Shown here: positions 8,921 through 18,252 of the stretch, piece by piece
Numbering within the stretch: position 1 is the stretch's first letter
Layout: each line of letters opens with the position of its first letter
Assembly: GCA_963762565.1 (NCBI GenBank)
Contig: CAVXLD010000007.1
Span: 256,001-320,000 of the forward strand
Source of the DNA: an uncultured Verrucomicrobiae bacterium
Lineage (GTDB): Bacteria; Verrucomicrobiota; Verrucomicrobiia; Chthoniobacterales; JAFAMB01
Length of the DNA: 64,000 nt
Direction: 5' to 3'
Made by a program: the position numbers and the translations under genes
The notes under the pieces: generated by a model
Seen by the model: the letters and a program-made list of their open reading frames with translations, nothing else
Told to the model about the DNA's origin: nothing
Databases searched by the model: none

Positions 8921-11900
8921 ATGAAGATAATCCGGGTCTTCGTCTCGTCCCCAGGAGACGTTAAAGCCGAGCGATCAATCGCAGACAGCATACTGCGCGC
9001 GACGGCCGAAGAATTCGGCATCCCGGTCAGCGTCCAGTACTCGAATCTTCTGCGCGAGGAACAGCCATCACTTTCGCCGGGCACCGTTGACGAAACGGCG
9101 AATGGGCGAATGGGCGAGACGGCGAACGAAGCTGCGGATGACGAGTTAGTTCTTTGTCCGTATTTTTGGGAGTACCAGCGATTTTCTTCGGACCTCGGGT
9201 ATCAAGACCAGATTCCAAACCCAGCGCAATTTGATCTTGTGATTTGTATCCTCTGGTCGCGGCTTGGGACAAGGCTGCATCCTCGCTTCAGGATGCCGGA
9301 CGGCAGCGAACCGAGATCCGGAACGGAGTTTGAACTGGGCTGGGCAAAGGAACAACACCAGAAGACACCCGGTGTCCCGGCGCTCCAGGTCTATCGGAAC
9401 CGGAGCCGGCCGAATCCACCGGTTGATGCGCCGGAGAAACTCGAAGAGTTCCTTAAGCAATGGAAAGCGCTAGAGGATTTTCTTAACTCTTGGAGCAGAG
9501 ATAGTGAGGGCGCGTTTGTTGGCGCGTTCAATAGCTATAGGAATCTCGAAGAGTTCGAACGCCTATTTCGAGAACATTTTCGGGACTTTCTTTTCACACA
9601 GATTTCCAGCGGACGCGAACGTTTGTTGATAGCGCGCCGGAGCCGGCCCCGCCGGTGGAAAGAGAATCCGTTTCGCGGTCTCGAGGTTTTTGATTTTGAG
9701 CACGCAGCTATCTTTCACGGTAGAACCAAGGAGATCGGAGCAGTACTCGAGGCGTTGGAAGTCCAAGTCAGAGAGCACCGACCGTTCGTTCTGGTTGTTG
9801 GTCCCAGCGGTTCCGGCAAGAGCTCGCTGGTGCGGGCAGGTGTACTTCCGCTTTTAACCCAACCGGAGACGATTGAAGGAATCGGGCTCTGGCGATGGGC
9901 TGTCACGAGGCCGGGAGCTGGTGGACGGGATGGCGATTGCTTTGACGCCTTAGCCAGCGCGCTGCTGGAGTCATCGGCGCTGCCGGTTCTCGAAAATCCA
10001 GAATCGACGGATGGCGTGCGAGATTTGGCAACCGAGCTAAGAGAACATTCTGATAGCATCGCACTGCGTTTTCGCGATGCGCTCGATCACGCAGCGCGTG
10101 AATGGAAAATTGAACAAATTCACTACCTGACAGAAAAGGAACGCCAGTTCAGGGAGGCAGGCCGGCCAGATGACGCAGATGCCGCTCGAGAGCGGAGGGA
10201 GAGACTTGAGCTCCCGAGAGCGCGTTTAGCATTGGTGATCGACCAGTTAGAAGAGCTGTTCACAAGCGGTTTCTCATTAGACATTCAGCAAAAATACGTT
10301 GCCACTATTGCAGGTCTGGCCCGCAGCGGCCGAGTCATGGTCATCGCGACGTTGCGGAGCGATTTTTACCCTTCGTATCAGCAGTTCCCTGATTTGATCG
10401 AGCTTAGCAGTCCGGCGGGAAAAGTGGACCTTCGGCCGCCGAGTGGAAACGAGATGGGCAACATGGTCCGGCTGCCGGCCGAAGCCGCCGGTTTACAGTT
10501 TGAGGAAGATCAAGGGTCAGGTCAGCGCCTGGATCAAGCTCTAGCGGAGGTTGCAACCGCGACACCGGAGTCGCTTCCGTTGTTGGAACATGTCTTGGCA
10601 CTTCTTTATGAAGCGCAAGCGACCCGGGGTGATGACCTGCTTCGCTGGTCGGACTATCGCGAGCTCGGCGAACTGAAAGGTGCCCTGGCTAAACATGCTG
10701 AGGCTGTGTTCAACACATTGCAACCGGTTGAGCAAGCAGCGTTTCCGGTGATCATGCGGCGCTTGGTTACGCTCGGCCAAGGTGAAGAAGAAGTCCCCAA
10801 CCGGCGAACGGTCCCTTATCGAGATTTTGTTATATCGACCGATCGTGATGCAGGTGCGCGAGCGTTTATCGATCTTTTTATTAAGGAACGGCTGCTGGTA
10901 GCGGATACGGATCCGCAAGGGGAGATGACCGTGACCGTTGCTCACGAGGCACTCCTCCGTGAATGGCAACGGGTCAAAGTGTGGCTGAAAGAAAATCGCG
11001 AATTCTTGCGGATGCGCGATCGCTTGGATGCCAGCCTTCGACTCTGGCACTATCGCGGAAATCAAAAGGATGATCTGCTTCGCCCGGGACTTCCGCTAGC
11101 GGAGGGCGAAAAACTGGTCAAAGACTTCGAGGAGTCGCTGAGTCTGGAAGCGGCTAACTACATTCGTGCGAGTATCTCCGAAAGAAAGAGACGCAGACGG
11201 ATCCAGGACGGGATTCGTTATACGTTTTTGGCTGCGATAACCGGGCTGGCGGTGTTTGCCGGTGTCCAATGGTTCCGAGCTGAAGGTCAGCGACAGAGCG
11301 CAGCTCAAGCCCTTAAATCTGAAGCGGAGATTGCCGGGAAGCTGAAGGAACAGTTGAAGCAGGCGAGCTGGGCGAGTTTCAATCAGGCGGAGCGCCAGTT
11401 TCAGCTGAAAGAATGGAACGAAGCGATTGCTCTTCTGGCTCGTGCGATCAAGTTCGATCCGACCAATCAAGTCGTTTCTCAACGATTCTTTCATGAGCTG
11501 ATTGCTCACCGAGAAAAGGCAATGCCAATCCCGATCCGATTGTTTGCTCACCATGATGTCGTGTACCATGCGTCGTTCGACCGCGATGGGGTACGAATTC
11601 TGACCGCAAGCTGGGACAAGACCGCCAAACTTTGGGAAGCAGGTTCGGGCAATCTGATCATGACTTTCGCTCACAACGCTGCAGTCAATGCGGCGAAGTT
11701 TAGTCCTGACGGTACGCGAGTCGTCACGGCGAGCGCAGATAAAACCGCAAAACTTTGGGATGCCGGTTCGGGCCTGCCTCTAAGCGTGTTCAACCACCAG
11801 GACAGTGTTACGGATGCGACGTTCAGTCCGGACGGCTCCAAGCTCGCGACGGCCAGCGCTGACAAGACGGTGAAGCTTTGGGACACAAGCTCGGGCAAGC

Positions 11901-14017
11901 TCATTGTGACGTTAACCCATCAAGGCGTCGTGAACGCAGTGGCATTTAGTCCTGATGGCAAGCGGGTCCTCACGGCAAGTGCCGATAAGACTGCTAAGCT
12001 CTGGGATGCAGTATCGGGCGGATTGATCACCTCTTTTCCTCATGAAGGGATCGTTTATTTTGCCGTATTCAGCCCGGACGGAACCCGGATAGTGACGGCT
12101 AGCGCTGATAGGACGGCGAAGCTTTGGGATGCCAATTCCGCCAATCTTCTCGCAACATTCACTCATCAGGACAGCGTTTATTATGCGGCATTCAGCCCGG
12201 ATGGTACGCGGGTGATTTCGGCCAGCGCTGATAAGACTGCGAAACTGTGGGAAACAGAACCCGCTAAGCTAGTCGCTACTCTCGCGCATGAAGGAGGAGT
12301 CTATCGTGTCGCGTTCAGTCCCGACGGCGAACGGATTGTTACAGCGAGTTGGGACCGGACAGCAAAGCTCTGGACGACATCGGGCAAGCTGATCGCGTCG
12401 TTTGCCGATCAGGCTGAACTGGAAGATGTCGTTTTCAGCCCAGACGGCTCACAAGTTTTGACGGCGAGCTGGGATAAAACCGTGAAACTCTGGGAGGCGA
12501 GAATGGGCGAGCTGATCGCTTCATTCGACCACTCAGACGGTGTGAATGCTGTTGTTTTCAGTCCGGACGGCGAGCGCGTGCTGACCGCAAGCGCCGACAC
12601 GAAGGCAAGGCTTTGGGACTCGACCTCGGGAAAGCTGATCGCTTCGTTTCAGCATGAGGCAAGTGTCAACGCTGTCGATTTCAGTCCCGATGGTTCTCGA
12701 GTATTGACCGGCGCCGCTGATCACACCGCCAAAATCTGGGAGGTGAAAACGGGCACGCTCATGGGCACCTTCGAGCACGATGACAGCGTCAACGCGGCCG
12801 TGTTTAGCCCTGATGGAGCGCGGATCTTGACCGCCGGCTCGGATAAGAAGGCAAAGCTCTGGGATGTCGCCTCGGGTAAGCTCCTCTTGACGGTTGTCCA
12901 TGACGAGGGTGTCAACGCTGCCGCATTCAGTCCCGATGGGCGCCGGATCCTGACCGCAAGTGCAGATAAAACCGCCAGGATTTGGGATGCAACAACAGGT
13001 AATCTGGTCGCTTCATTTGAGCACGGGGACAGTGTGAACCAGGTGGTTTTCAGCCCGGATGGCACGCACATTCTTACGGCATGCGCGGATGGGACCGCGA
13101 ATCTTTGGGACGTCGCTACGGGAAAGATTATGCAGGTCTTTGCTCATGAAGAGCCGGTTCGTTGCGCTGTGTTCAGCCCGGATGCGACGAGGATCCTAAC
13201 CGGGAGCATCGACAATATCGCTCGACTCTGGGATATAGCGTCGGGCAAGGTGATCGCCGTTTTTAATCATCAGGATACCATCCGGTGCGCAGCCTTTTGC
13301 CGGGATGGCACGCGAGTTCTCACTGGCAGCGCAGATAACACGGCTAGGCTCTGGGATCTCGCCACACCCTTCGAACTATCTCAACAGGTCAGAACGCTGC
13401 GTGATAAAAACCCCGGAACCGGCTCTTCGACGTCCGGGATTCCTTCTGAGGGGCTCCCGGTGGAAACACTCTCGGAAATTGCCACTGGGCTGCGATTCTC
13501 TGCGGATGGCTCGCTTGTACCGGTCGAAGAGCAACGTCGACAACAACTGACGCAGGAGGTGAGACCTTTAATGGATGCCCTGCCCGCTGGCGCCCAATTT
13601 ACTCAATGGTTCTTAAGCGCGGGGGGCGAACGAACGCTGTTTCCCGCGAGCAAAACCAAGGGGGTAGAATGGGTACATAACGGGGTTTTGACCAATGCAG
13701 ATCTGAGCGAAGGATGGCTTCGCGCTGCGTTGCTGCTACTCCCTGATGATTCCTTACTGCATGTCGCGTTAGCAAAATTCGAAAACAATCCGCAACGCGC
13801 AGACTTCCTCCGCACATTTGGTCTGGTTCGACTGCCAAAAGACTCATCTATCTGCGTGCGCGTTGCTCAGATGCTTTTGGAGCAGCATCAACCAAAACTA
13901 GCGCTCACCGCGGTCGAGAAAGGACTTCTGACAGATCCGACCAACGAATCGGCTCAGCATCTCCGGCTCGAAATATTGAAATTCCTGCAGCAGGATAACG
14001 GCGCCGCCAATCCCTAG
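8921..14017 (+). CDS. NLR-like STAND protein: DUF4062/TIR-like N-terminus, nSTAND1 NTPase, TM helix, 15 WD40 repeats, C-terminal helical region
   Basis: IRVFVSSPGDVKAER..DLVICILWSRLGT..SGTEFE; NPFRGLEVF, Walker A GPSGSGKSS, Walker B LVIDQLEELF, TLRSDFY, LPLL; TM YTFLAAITGLAVFAGVQWF; 15 counted H-x-x-x-V...FSPDG...TAKLWD repeats. Confidence 0.9.
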   Translation: MKIIRVFVSSPGDVKAERSIADSILRATAEEFGIPVSVQYSNLLREEQPSLSPGTVDETANGRMGETANEAADDELVLCPYFWEYQRFSSDLGYQDQIPNPAQFDLVICILWSRLGTRLHPRFRMPDGSEPRSGTEFELGWAKEQHQKTPGVPALQVYRNRSRPNPPVDAPEKLEEFLKQWKALEDFLNSWSRDSEGAFVGAFNSYRNLEEFERLFREHFRDFLFTQISSGRERLLIARRSRPRRWKENPFRGLEVFDFEHAAIFHGRTKEIGAVLEALEVQVREHRPFVLVVGPSGSGKSSLVRAGVLPLLTQPETIEGIGLWRWAVTRPGAGGRDGDCFDALASALLESSALPVLENPESTDGVRDLATELREHSDSIALRFRDALDHAAREWKIEQIHYLTEKERQFREAGRPDDADAARERRERLELPRARLALVIDQLEELFTSGFSLDIQQKYVATIAGLARSGRVMVIATLRSDFYPSYQQFPDLIELSSPAGKVDLRPPSGNEMGNMVRLPAEAAGLQFEEDQGSGQRLDQALAEVATATPESLPLLEHVLALLYEAQATRGDDLLRWSDYRELGELKGALAKHAEAVFNTLQPVEQAAFPVIMRRLVTLGQGEEEVPNRRTVPYRDFVISTDRDAGARAFIDLFIKERLLVADTDPQGEMTVTVAHEALLREWQRVKVWLKENREFLRMRDRLDASLRLWHYRGNQKDDLLRPGLPLAEGEKLVKDFEESLSLEAANYIRASISERKRRRRIQDGIRYTFLAAITGLAVFAGVQWFRAEGQRQSAAQALKSEAEIAGKLKEQLKQASWASFNQAERQFQLKEWNEAIALLARAIKFDPTNQVVSQRFFHELIAHREKAMPIPIRLFAHHDVVYHASFDRDGVRILTASWDKTAKLWEAGSGNLIMTFAHNAAVNAAKFSPDGTRVVTASADKTAKLWDAGSGLPLSVFNHQDSVTDATFSPDGSKLATASADKTVKLWDTSSGKLIVTLTHQGVVNAVAFSPDGKRVLTASADKTAKLWDAVSGGLITSFPHEGIVYFAVFSPDGTRIVTASADRTAKLWDANSANLLATFTHQDSVYYAAFSPDGTRVISASADKTAKLWETEPAKLVATLAHEGGVYRVAFSPDGERIVTASWDRTAKLWTTSGKLIASFADQAELEDVVFSPDGSQVLTASWDKTVKLWEARMGELIASFDHSDGVNAVVFSPDGERVLTASADTKARLWDSTSGKLIASFQHEASVNAVDFSPDGSRVLTGAADHTAKIWEVKTGTLMGTFEHDDSVNAAVFSPDGARILTAGSDKKAKLWDVASGKLLLTVVHDEGVNAAAFSPDGRRILTASADKTARIWDATTGNLVASFEHGDSVNQVVFSPDGTHILTACADGTANLWDVATGKIMQVFAHEEPVRCAVFSPDATRILTGSIDNIARLWDIASGKVIAVFNHQDTIRCAAFCRDGTRVLTGSADNTARLWDLATPFELSQQVRTLRDKNPGTGSSTSGIPSEGLPVETLSEIATGLRFSADGSLVPVEEQRRQQLTQEVRPLMDALPAGAQFTQWFLSAGGERTLFPASKTKGVEWVHNGVLTNADLSEGWLRAALLLLPDDSLLHVALAKFENNPQRADFLRTFGLVRLPKDSSICVRVAQMLLEQHQPKLALTAVEKGLLTDPTNESAQHLRLEILKFLQQDNGAANP

Positions 14018-14331
14018 TGCACCGTCTCGCATATAATGGTGACGTCGTTGCGTTCAAAATGGGCCGCCGGTCCGGCAGCTGCCGATGCGCGTCAACATAA
14101 GGGCGCAGGCGTTGGCCGGCCCCTGACCGGGAGGGCGCGCGTCCTCGCGCGCCGCAAAGAGGTGCCAAGCTCACAGACGTATTCCGATCACTCGACTGAC
14201 AAACACGCTCGGCCCCGGGAACAACGGATCGCGGGGACGCGATCCCTCCCAGCGCCGGGTCCGGCACGTGCCAGGCACGTGCCTGGCAGCTGGCGGGCGA
14301 AAGCCACGTTATTTATGGGACAGGACACTAG
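14014..14331. mobile_element. Possible MITE-like element with CTAG ends, containing a REP family B pair
   Basis: The left end CTAGTGCACCGTCTCGCATATAATG and the right-end reverse complement CTAGTGTCCTGTCCCATAAATAACG form an imperfect TIR. The internal GGGAGGGCGCGCGTCCTCGCGCG / CGGATCGCGGGGACGCGATCCCTCCC pair also occurs at 23.7-23.85 kb. Confidence 0.5.
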
Positions 14332-14370
14332 ATTACTGGTATAAAGGGACTTAGTTAGGAGGCGCCATCC

Positions 14371-14940
14371 ATGCCATCCGTGATTAAACTCTCCAGGCGC
14401 GTTGCCACGACTCTTTTTTGTGCAACTCTCTTCGCTGCAACCACCAGTTTCAGCTTTGATATCAAACCGCAGCGAGTTCTGGCTAGCGGTCTAGCAGTAG
14501 ACTTACCTAAAACATCATTCCAAAATGTGTTCCTGGAAGGGGAGCAAGGTACAGGCGTAGCGAAGCGAAACGTCGATGCACAGGGAGTCATACTAAAAGG
14601 GTGTGACGTCGTCGCCTTCTTTAAGGAGAGAAAAGCGGTCAAAGGCAGTTCTGAGCTGTCAGCCACTTATGAAAGCGCGACCTACCTTTTTACCTCGGCT
14701 GCGAATAAAGCCGAATTTGAAAAAGACCCTGCTAAATATGTTCCGCAATATGGCGCGTTTTGTGCCTATGGGGTAACTCTCGGAGTCCTGGCGGACCCTG
14801 AAGTTCCTGACGCTTTCCTGGTTTACAAAGGGAAGCTGTATGTTTGCGGAAATCAGGGGGCCTTGAAAGACTTCAAGAAGGATATCGACAGTAATATTGA
14901 CAAAGCCAATGTTAACTGGCGCCAGTTAGCCAGCCAGTAG
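14371..14940 (+). CDS. YHS-domain-containing exported protein
   Basis: Signal peptide; GCDVVAFF...ATYLFTSAANKAEFEKDPAKYVPQYGAFCAYG; AGGAGG RBS upstream. Confidence 0.85.
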   Translation: MPSVIKLSRRVATTLFCATLFAATTSFSFDIKPQRVLASGLAVDLPKTSFQNVFLEGEQGTGVAKRNVDAQGVILKGCDVVAFFKERKAVKGSSELSATYESATYLFTSAANKAEFEKDPAKYVPQYGAFCAYGVTLGVLADPEVPDAFLVYKGKLYVCGNQGALKDFKKDIDSNIDKANVNWRQLASQ

Positions 14941-14982
14941 TTCTATACCTTTTGGGTTTAACGCTTGGCTATCGGCTATTGG

Positions 14983-15399
14983 CTATTGCGGGCGAGCCTG
15001 AGGCGAGCCCGCATATTGTTCGTCGCTCACTTTTTCCAGCCAGTCCGCTCTCTCGTCGTCGAGCTTTTCCAGGATGGCTATGTGCGTCATGGCGGTGGTT
15101 GCGGTGGCGCCGTGCCAGTGTTTTTCACCGGGTGGGAACCAGACCACGTCTCCAGGCCGAATTTCCTCGATTGGGCCTCCCCAGTGCTGCGCCAGGCCGC
15201 AGCCCGCCGTGACGATCAGAGTCTGACCCAGCGGATGGGTGTGCCATGCGGTTCTAGCGCCTGGTTCGAACGTCACACTCACGACAAACGTTCGCGCTGG
15301 ATCGTGCGCGTCGAACAGCGGATCTATCCGCACGGCGCCGGTAAAATAGTCGACGGGTCCTTTACCCGAAGGTTGTGAGCCACTTCGTTTAATGTCCAT
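14983..15399 (-). CDS. Cupin domain protein
   Basis: [37 protein letters not shown] and PGEKHWHGA. Confidence 0.92.
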   Translation of the reverse strand: MDIKRSGSQPSGKGPVDYFTGAVRIDPLFDAHDPARTFVVSVTFEPGARTAWHTHPLGQTLIVTAGCGLAQHWGGPIEEIRPGDVVWFPPGEKHWHGATATTAMTHIAILEKLDDERADWLEKVSDEQYAGSPQARPQ

Positions 15400-15423
15400 G
15401 GGATGCTAGAGGGTTGGAATAAC

Positions 15424-15518
15424 GGTAGGGCGAGGCTCCCGAATAGTCCAACGCTTAGCCGGAGTGTCGAGCTTCAAGTAACCTGGTGTCTGGCTGGACC
15501 GAAGATCTCGCCGAGCCG
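15424..15518. repeat. GGTAGGGCGAGGCTCCC...GCCGAGCCG REP-like unit split by a ~69-bp insert
   Basis: Halves at 15424-15440 and 15510-15518; GTAG-type start shared with 31975. Confidence 0.5.
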
Positions 15519-15566
15519 TCGGGTGGCGTTTTTCTTGGAGTTGGTGGTGTCGTTACCCATGTTTAT

Positions 15567-15627
15567 TTGACGATAGAGGTTAACTGACGTAAGGAACGGA
15601 TGTAAGGAATTGGAATAGAGGTAAGGA
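15567..15627 (+). promoter_or_regulatory. Putative abrB promoter/operator: TTGACG plus three GTAAGGA direct repeats
   Basis: GTAAGGA at 15589, 15602 and 15621 (the last doubles as the RBS); TTGACG at 15567. Confidence 0.5.
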
Positions 15628-15628
15628 C

Positions 15629-15925
15629 GTGGCGATTTCAACAATCACTAGCAAAGGACAAACAACCATACCGGGTGAGATCAGGCGGCTTCTGAAGCTG
15701 AAAGCTGGCGATCGAATCGAATTTGTGGTTGAAGCGGATGGCAAAGTGGTACTGGTGCCAGCTACAGTTCCTGTTGGCGAATTAGAGGGGCTTCTTGCCC
15801 CCGCTCCGCGTAAGGTATCGGTTGAGGAAATGGATGTAGCTGTTCGCAGGCGAGCTCGATCCGTCTCCGCGAAGCTTTGCTGCAGGTGCGGGTCCGGCCG
15901 TTTTTTCTGCCCATCTGCGGCGTAG
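15629..15925 (+). CDS. AbrB/MazE/SpoVT family antitoxin (orphan; C-terminus reads into thpR DNA)
   Basis: STITSKGQTTIPGEIRRLLKLKAGDRIEF swapped-hairpin motif; the typical VSVEEMD tail is followed by non-homologous read-through. Confidence 0.88.
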   Translation: MAISTITSKGQTTIPGEIRRLLKLKAGDRIEFVVEADGKVVLVPATVPVGELEGLLAPAPRKVSVEEMDVAVRRRARSVSAKLCCRCGSGRFFCPSAA

Positions 15926-16242
15926 GCGTTTTCGAAGTTGGTGGCCGTCCGTCGGTCGTCTGGGCAGGTATCGGGAAAGGACATCCTCATCTGTTTCTGC
16001 TGCACCGGCGAATTCAGGATGCGGTGCTTCAAGCCGGACTCGAACCCGATCTCAAACCCTTTCATCCGCATATCACCCTCGGGCGCGCGAAAGGGATTTC
16101 CCAGCAAGCGCTTCAGCCGTTTCTACGGAAAAACGCAGACACGGATCTTAGCCTGTTCGAGGTTACCGGTTTTGAGCTGTATTCGAGCGTGCTGACGCCA
16201 GAAGGCGCGGTTCATCATTTGGAGATGCGACAGGAGTTCTGA
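15859..16242 (+). pseudogene. thpR: 5'-truncated RNA 2',3'-cyclic phosphodiesterase (2H family)
   Basis: PSVVWAG, FHPHITLGR (second HxT motif) and FELYSSVL are present. The first HxT motif and N-terminus are absent; there is an in-frame TGA at 15823. Confidence 0.8.
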
Positions 16243-16260
16243 AACGGGTAACAAAGCGTC

Positions 16261-16312
16261 GGAGTGATGGAGTAATGGAGTAATGGAGTAATGGAGTATT
16301 GGGGCATTGGAG
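16261..16312. repeat. Octamer tandem array (GGAGTAAT)n
   Basis: ggagtgatggagtaatggagtaatggagtaatggagtattgg; a complementary-type run occurs at ~41288-41311. Confidence 0.85.
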
Positions 16313-16357
16313 TCTCGCCCGTTCGCCGTATCGCCTAGGCGATTAGCTGTTCACCAA

Positions 16358-16560
16358 TCAGTCTCGCGGCGGGCCCGGAAGGTGGCGCAGAAATGCAATC
16401 AGGGTTAATCCAACACCCAGCGGCCCGGGTCCGACTAGCAGCCAAAACACGGGATGGTCTGTGTAGGCGGAAAGGATGGTAGCAAGAAGCACCAGCGTAA
16501 AGGCGAATCCGAAGCCGCTAATGTCTCCAGTAGTCCAATTCTCTTAAGTGGCTTGTTCAT
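16358..16560 (-). CDS. Small two-TM membrane protein (needs one restored A)
   Basis: MNKPL(K)ENWTTGDISGFGFAFTLVLLATILSAYTDHPVFWLLVGPGPLGVGLTLIAFLRHLPGPPRD; 203 nt, one base short of a whole codon count. Confidence 0.5.
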
Positions 16561-16828
16561 TGAGTCGCGATCAGACTTCGGCCCTGCATTCAAGCTTGCT
16601 CTCGGGATCTTGCGCGGCCGGTCGGAGTTTTGCGGAAAAAGGGAATCTGTTGCCGGCTGGGCCGTCCTCTCGGCTTTGGTTGGTTACAGCAAGCCTTGTA
16701 ACGCCGCCAAAGTAACTCTGGAGCCTCGAAGCCGTTTTAGAAAAGAGCAGCGTCTGGTTGATCCTCGAGAAAGCGCTGACAACTTTTGCCAAAAGATTAC
16801 CCGTTTAGTTTGCTCAGAAGTATCGCGT

Positions 16829-17212
16829 ATGAACCAGCATCGAAGCGATAGTGCGGGATCGATCCGGTCATGCCACAGATCCCTCGCCCGAGCTGAGGAA
16901 TGCGGAGCAGATAAAGGAATGGCTGCGAATTCGTGGAGCCGCTGAACTGTTGAACCTCGTGAAATGGGAGACTATCCCGAGAAAATTCTTCTACTTGGCG
17001 TATGCATAAGTCGCAGGTGGCGATACACTTGGAAGAGCTCCGACTTGGATGAGGTTTTCAAACAGGCCAAAGAGAAGCCTCCAAACAATTTCCCGCGCGA
17101 TATCGAGACGCTATCAAATTGAGGTCATTCATGCTGAAACACCACGGGCATACACCGTTACGGGACGGGTTGGAACAAAATCGCCCAGGTTATTGAGAAT
17201 GTAGAACGATGA
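16829..17212 (+). pseudogene. Multiply frameshifted hypothetical protein, possibly winged-helix-like, coupled to the toxin gene
   Basis: Protein-like pieces across frames: EQIKEWLRIRGAAELLNLVKWE / PEKILLLG / WKSSDLDEVFKQAKEKPPNNFPRDI / VIHAETPRAYTVT / GWNKIAQVIENVER*. The TGA overlaps the next ATG (ATGA, 17209-17212). Confidence 0.4.
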
Positions 17213-17600
17213 ATTCGCCTGGCTCCATACCCCGATACAGAGTTCTACCGCTGCCTCGAGTTCAGCGAGAAGGAAGCAACTGCTGACACCTCAGCAGTTG
17301 CTGGAGAGTATCGAACTGGCGAAACTCTTGCGTTATTACCCAGATGTTCCGGAGTTGGGCATAGAGCCATGCGGAGCTGGCATGGAGTTGAGAGTAGAAA
17401 CTGGCTCAACCAAGGTCCAGGGCTGGCTGCGGGCTATCTTTTGGATACATGAAGAATCGCGCACCATTTACATCGTTGATCTTTTTTGGAAGAAAACCAA
17501 CAGCATATCCAAAGCCGACCGGCTTCGGTCCGAAAACAGGATTCGCATATTACGACGGCAGCTAGCTGAGGGTGTCGATCCGTGGGCGTCAGGGAATTAG
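17209..17600 (+). CDS. RelE/ParE/HigB-like toxin (one -1 frameshift near 17275)
   Basis: MNSPGSIPRYRVLPLPRVQREG | QLLTPQQLLESIELAKLLRYYP...MELRV...WLRAIFW...IYIVDLFWKKTNSI. The ELR...R.IF...F.KKT pattern is typical of RelE/HigB/Gp49 proteins. Confidence 0.7.
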
Positions 17601-18125
17601 GTGCGTGATGTCAATCCGAAACGCTTTTGCAAGCTTCTGTAGGGTCTTCTGCTGTGGCAGATGTTGACCCGTTTCAATCACTCCAATGTAGCTCCGCTTG
17701 AGTCCGGAAGCCCGAGCAACAGCTGACTGGGTTTTCAAACCTGCCTTTGCCCGCAGCTGAAAATATTTCTTCAGAAAGCTTTCTATACGCTGCCGTCTTG
17801 TCTGGTTAGCGCTCGAGTAGGCTTTATCGCTGCGATTGAGCTCAGCTTCCCATTCTTCAACCGATTGCGTTGGCAGCTCTAATGGGGCGTTTGCACTGAT
17901 TTCTTCTAAGGTCCGAAGAATGTTAGTTTTCTCATCTTCGTCGGTTTCTCGCTCATACTCGAAGCAAAGGTCAACGATGGCAGCGATACGGTCTTTCTGG
18001 TCATCACTGATTTCTCCCCGCGTCGACGTATCCTCAGCCTGCTGTAGGGCAGCACGTAAACTTCTCTTCTTCTTTAGTACCGCCACGCCGAGGCGTTGTT
18101 CGGCTATGATTTCCAAAATCCCCAT
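17589..18125 (-). CDS. XRE/Cro-C1 HTH protein with an N-terminal helical extension (HigA-like)
   Basis: C-terminal LRAKAGLKTQSAVARASGLKRSYIGVIETGQHLPQQKTLQKLAKAF. The start is uncertain (18146, 18125 or 18086). Confidence 0.85.
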   Translation of the reverse strand: MGILEIIAEQRLGVAVLKKKRSLRAALQQAEDTSTRGEISDDQKDRIAAIVDLCFEYERETDEDEKTNILRTLEEISANAPLELPTQSVEEWEAELNRSDKAYSSANQTRRQRIESFLKKYFQLRAKAGLKTQSAVARASGLKRSYIGVIETGQHLPQQKTLQKLAKAFRIDITHLIP

Positions 18126-18252
18126 TTCTAGATCAATATGGAGCAAAATAGAGCAATTTCCAGCTTTTGCTACCCGAGACTACGAAACGGGCCAACTCTG
18201 AGGTCGACACATGACCCGAGTAGGTTACGTCTTAAAAAATCTCAAGGGCTAT

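Noticed and set aside
11548..13360. ~123-bp DNA periodicity
   Set aside because: It is explained by WD40 coding repeats; no reverse transcriptase or template repeat supports a DGR.
16454..16945. 163-aa + strand ORF
   Set aside because: It has no recognisable motifs and overlaps better-supported coding segments in other frames.
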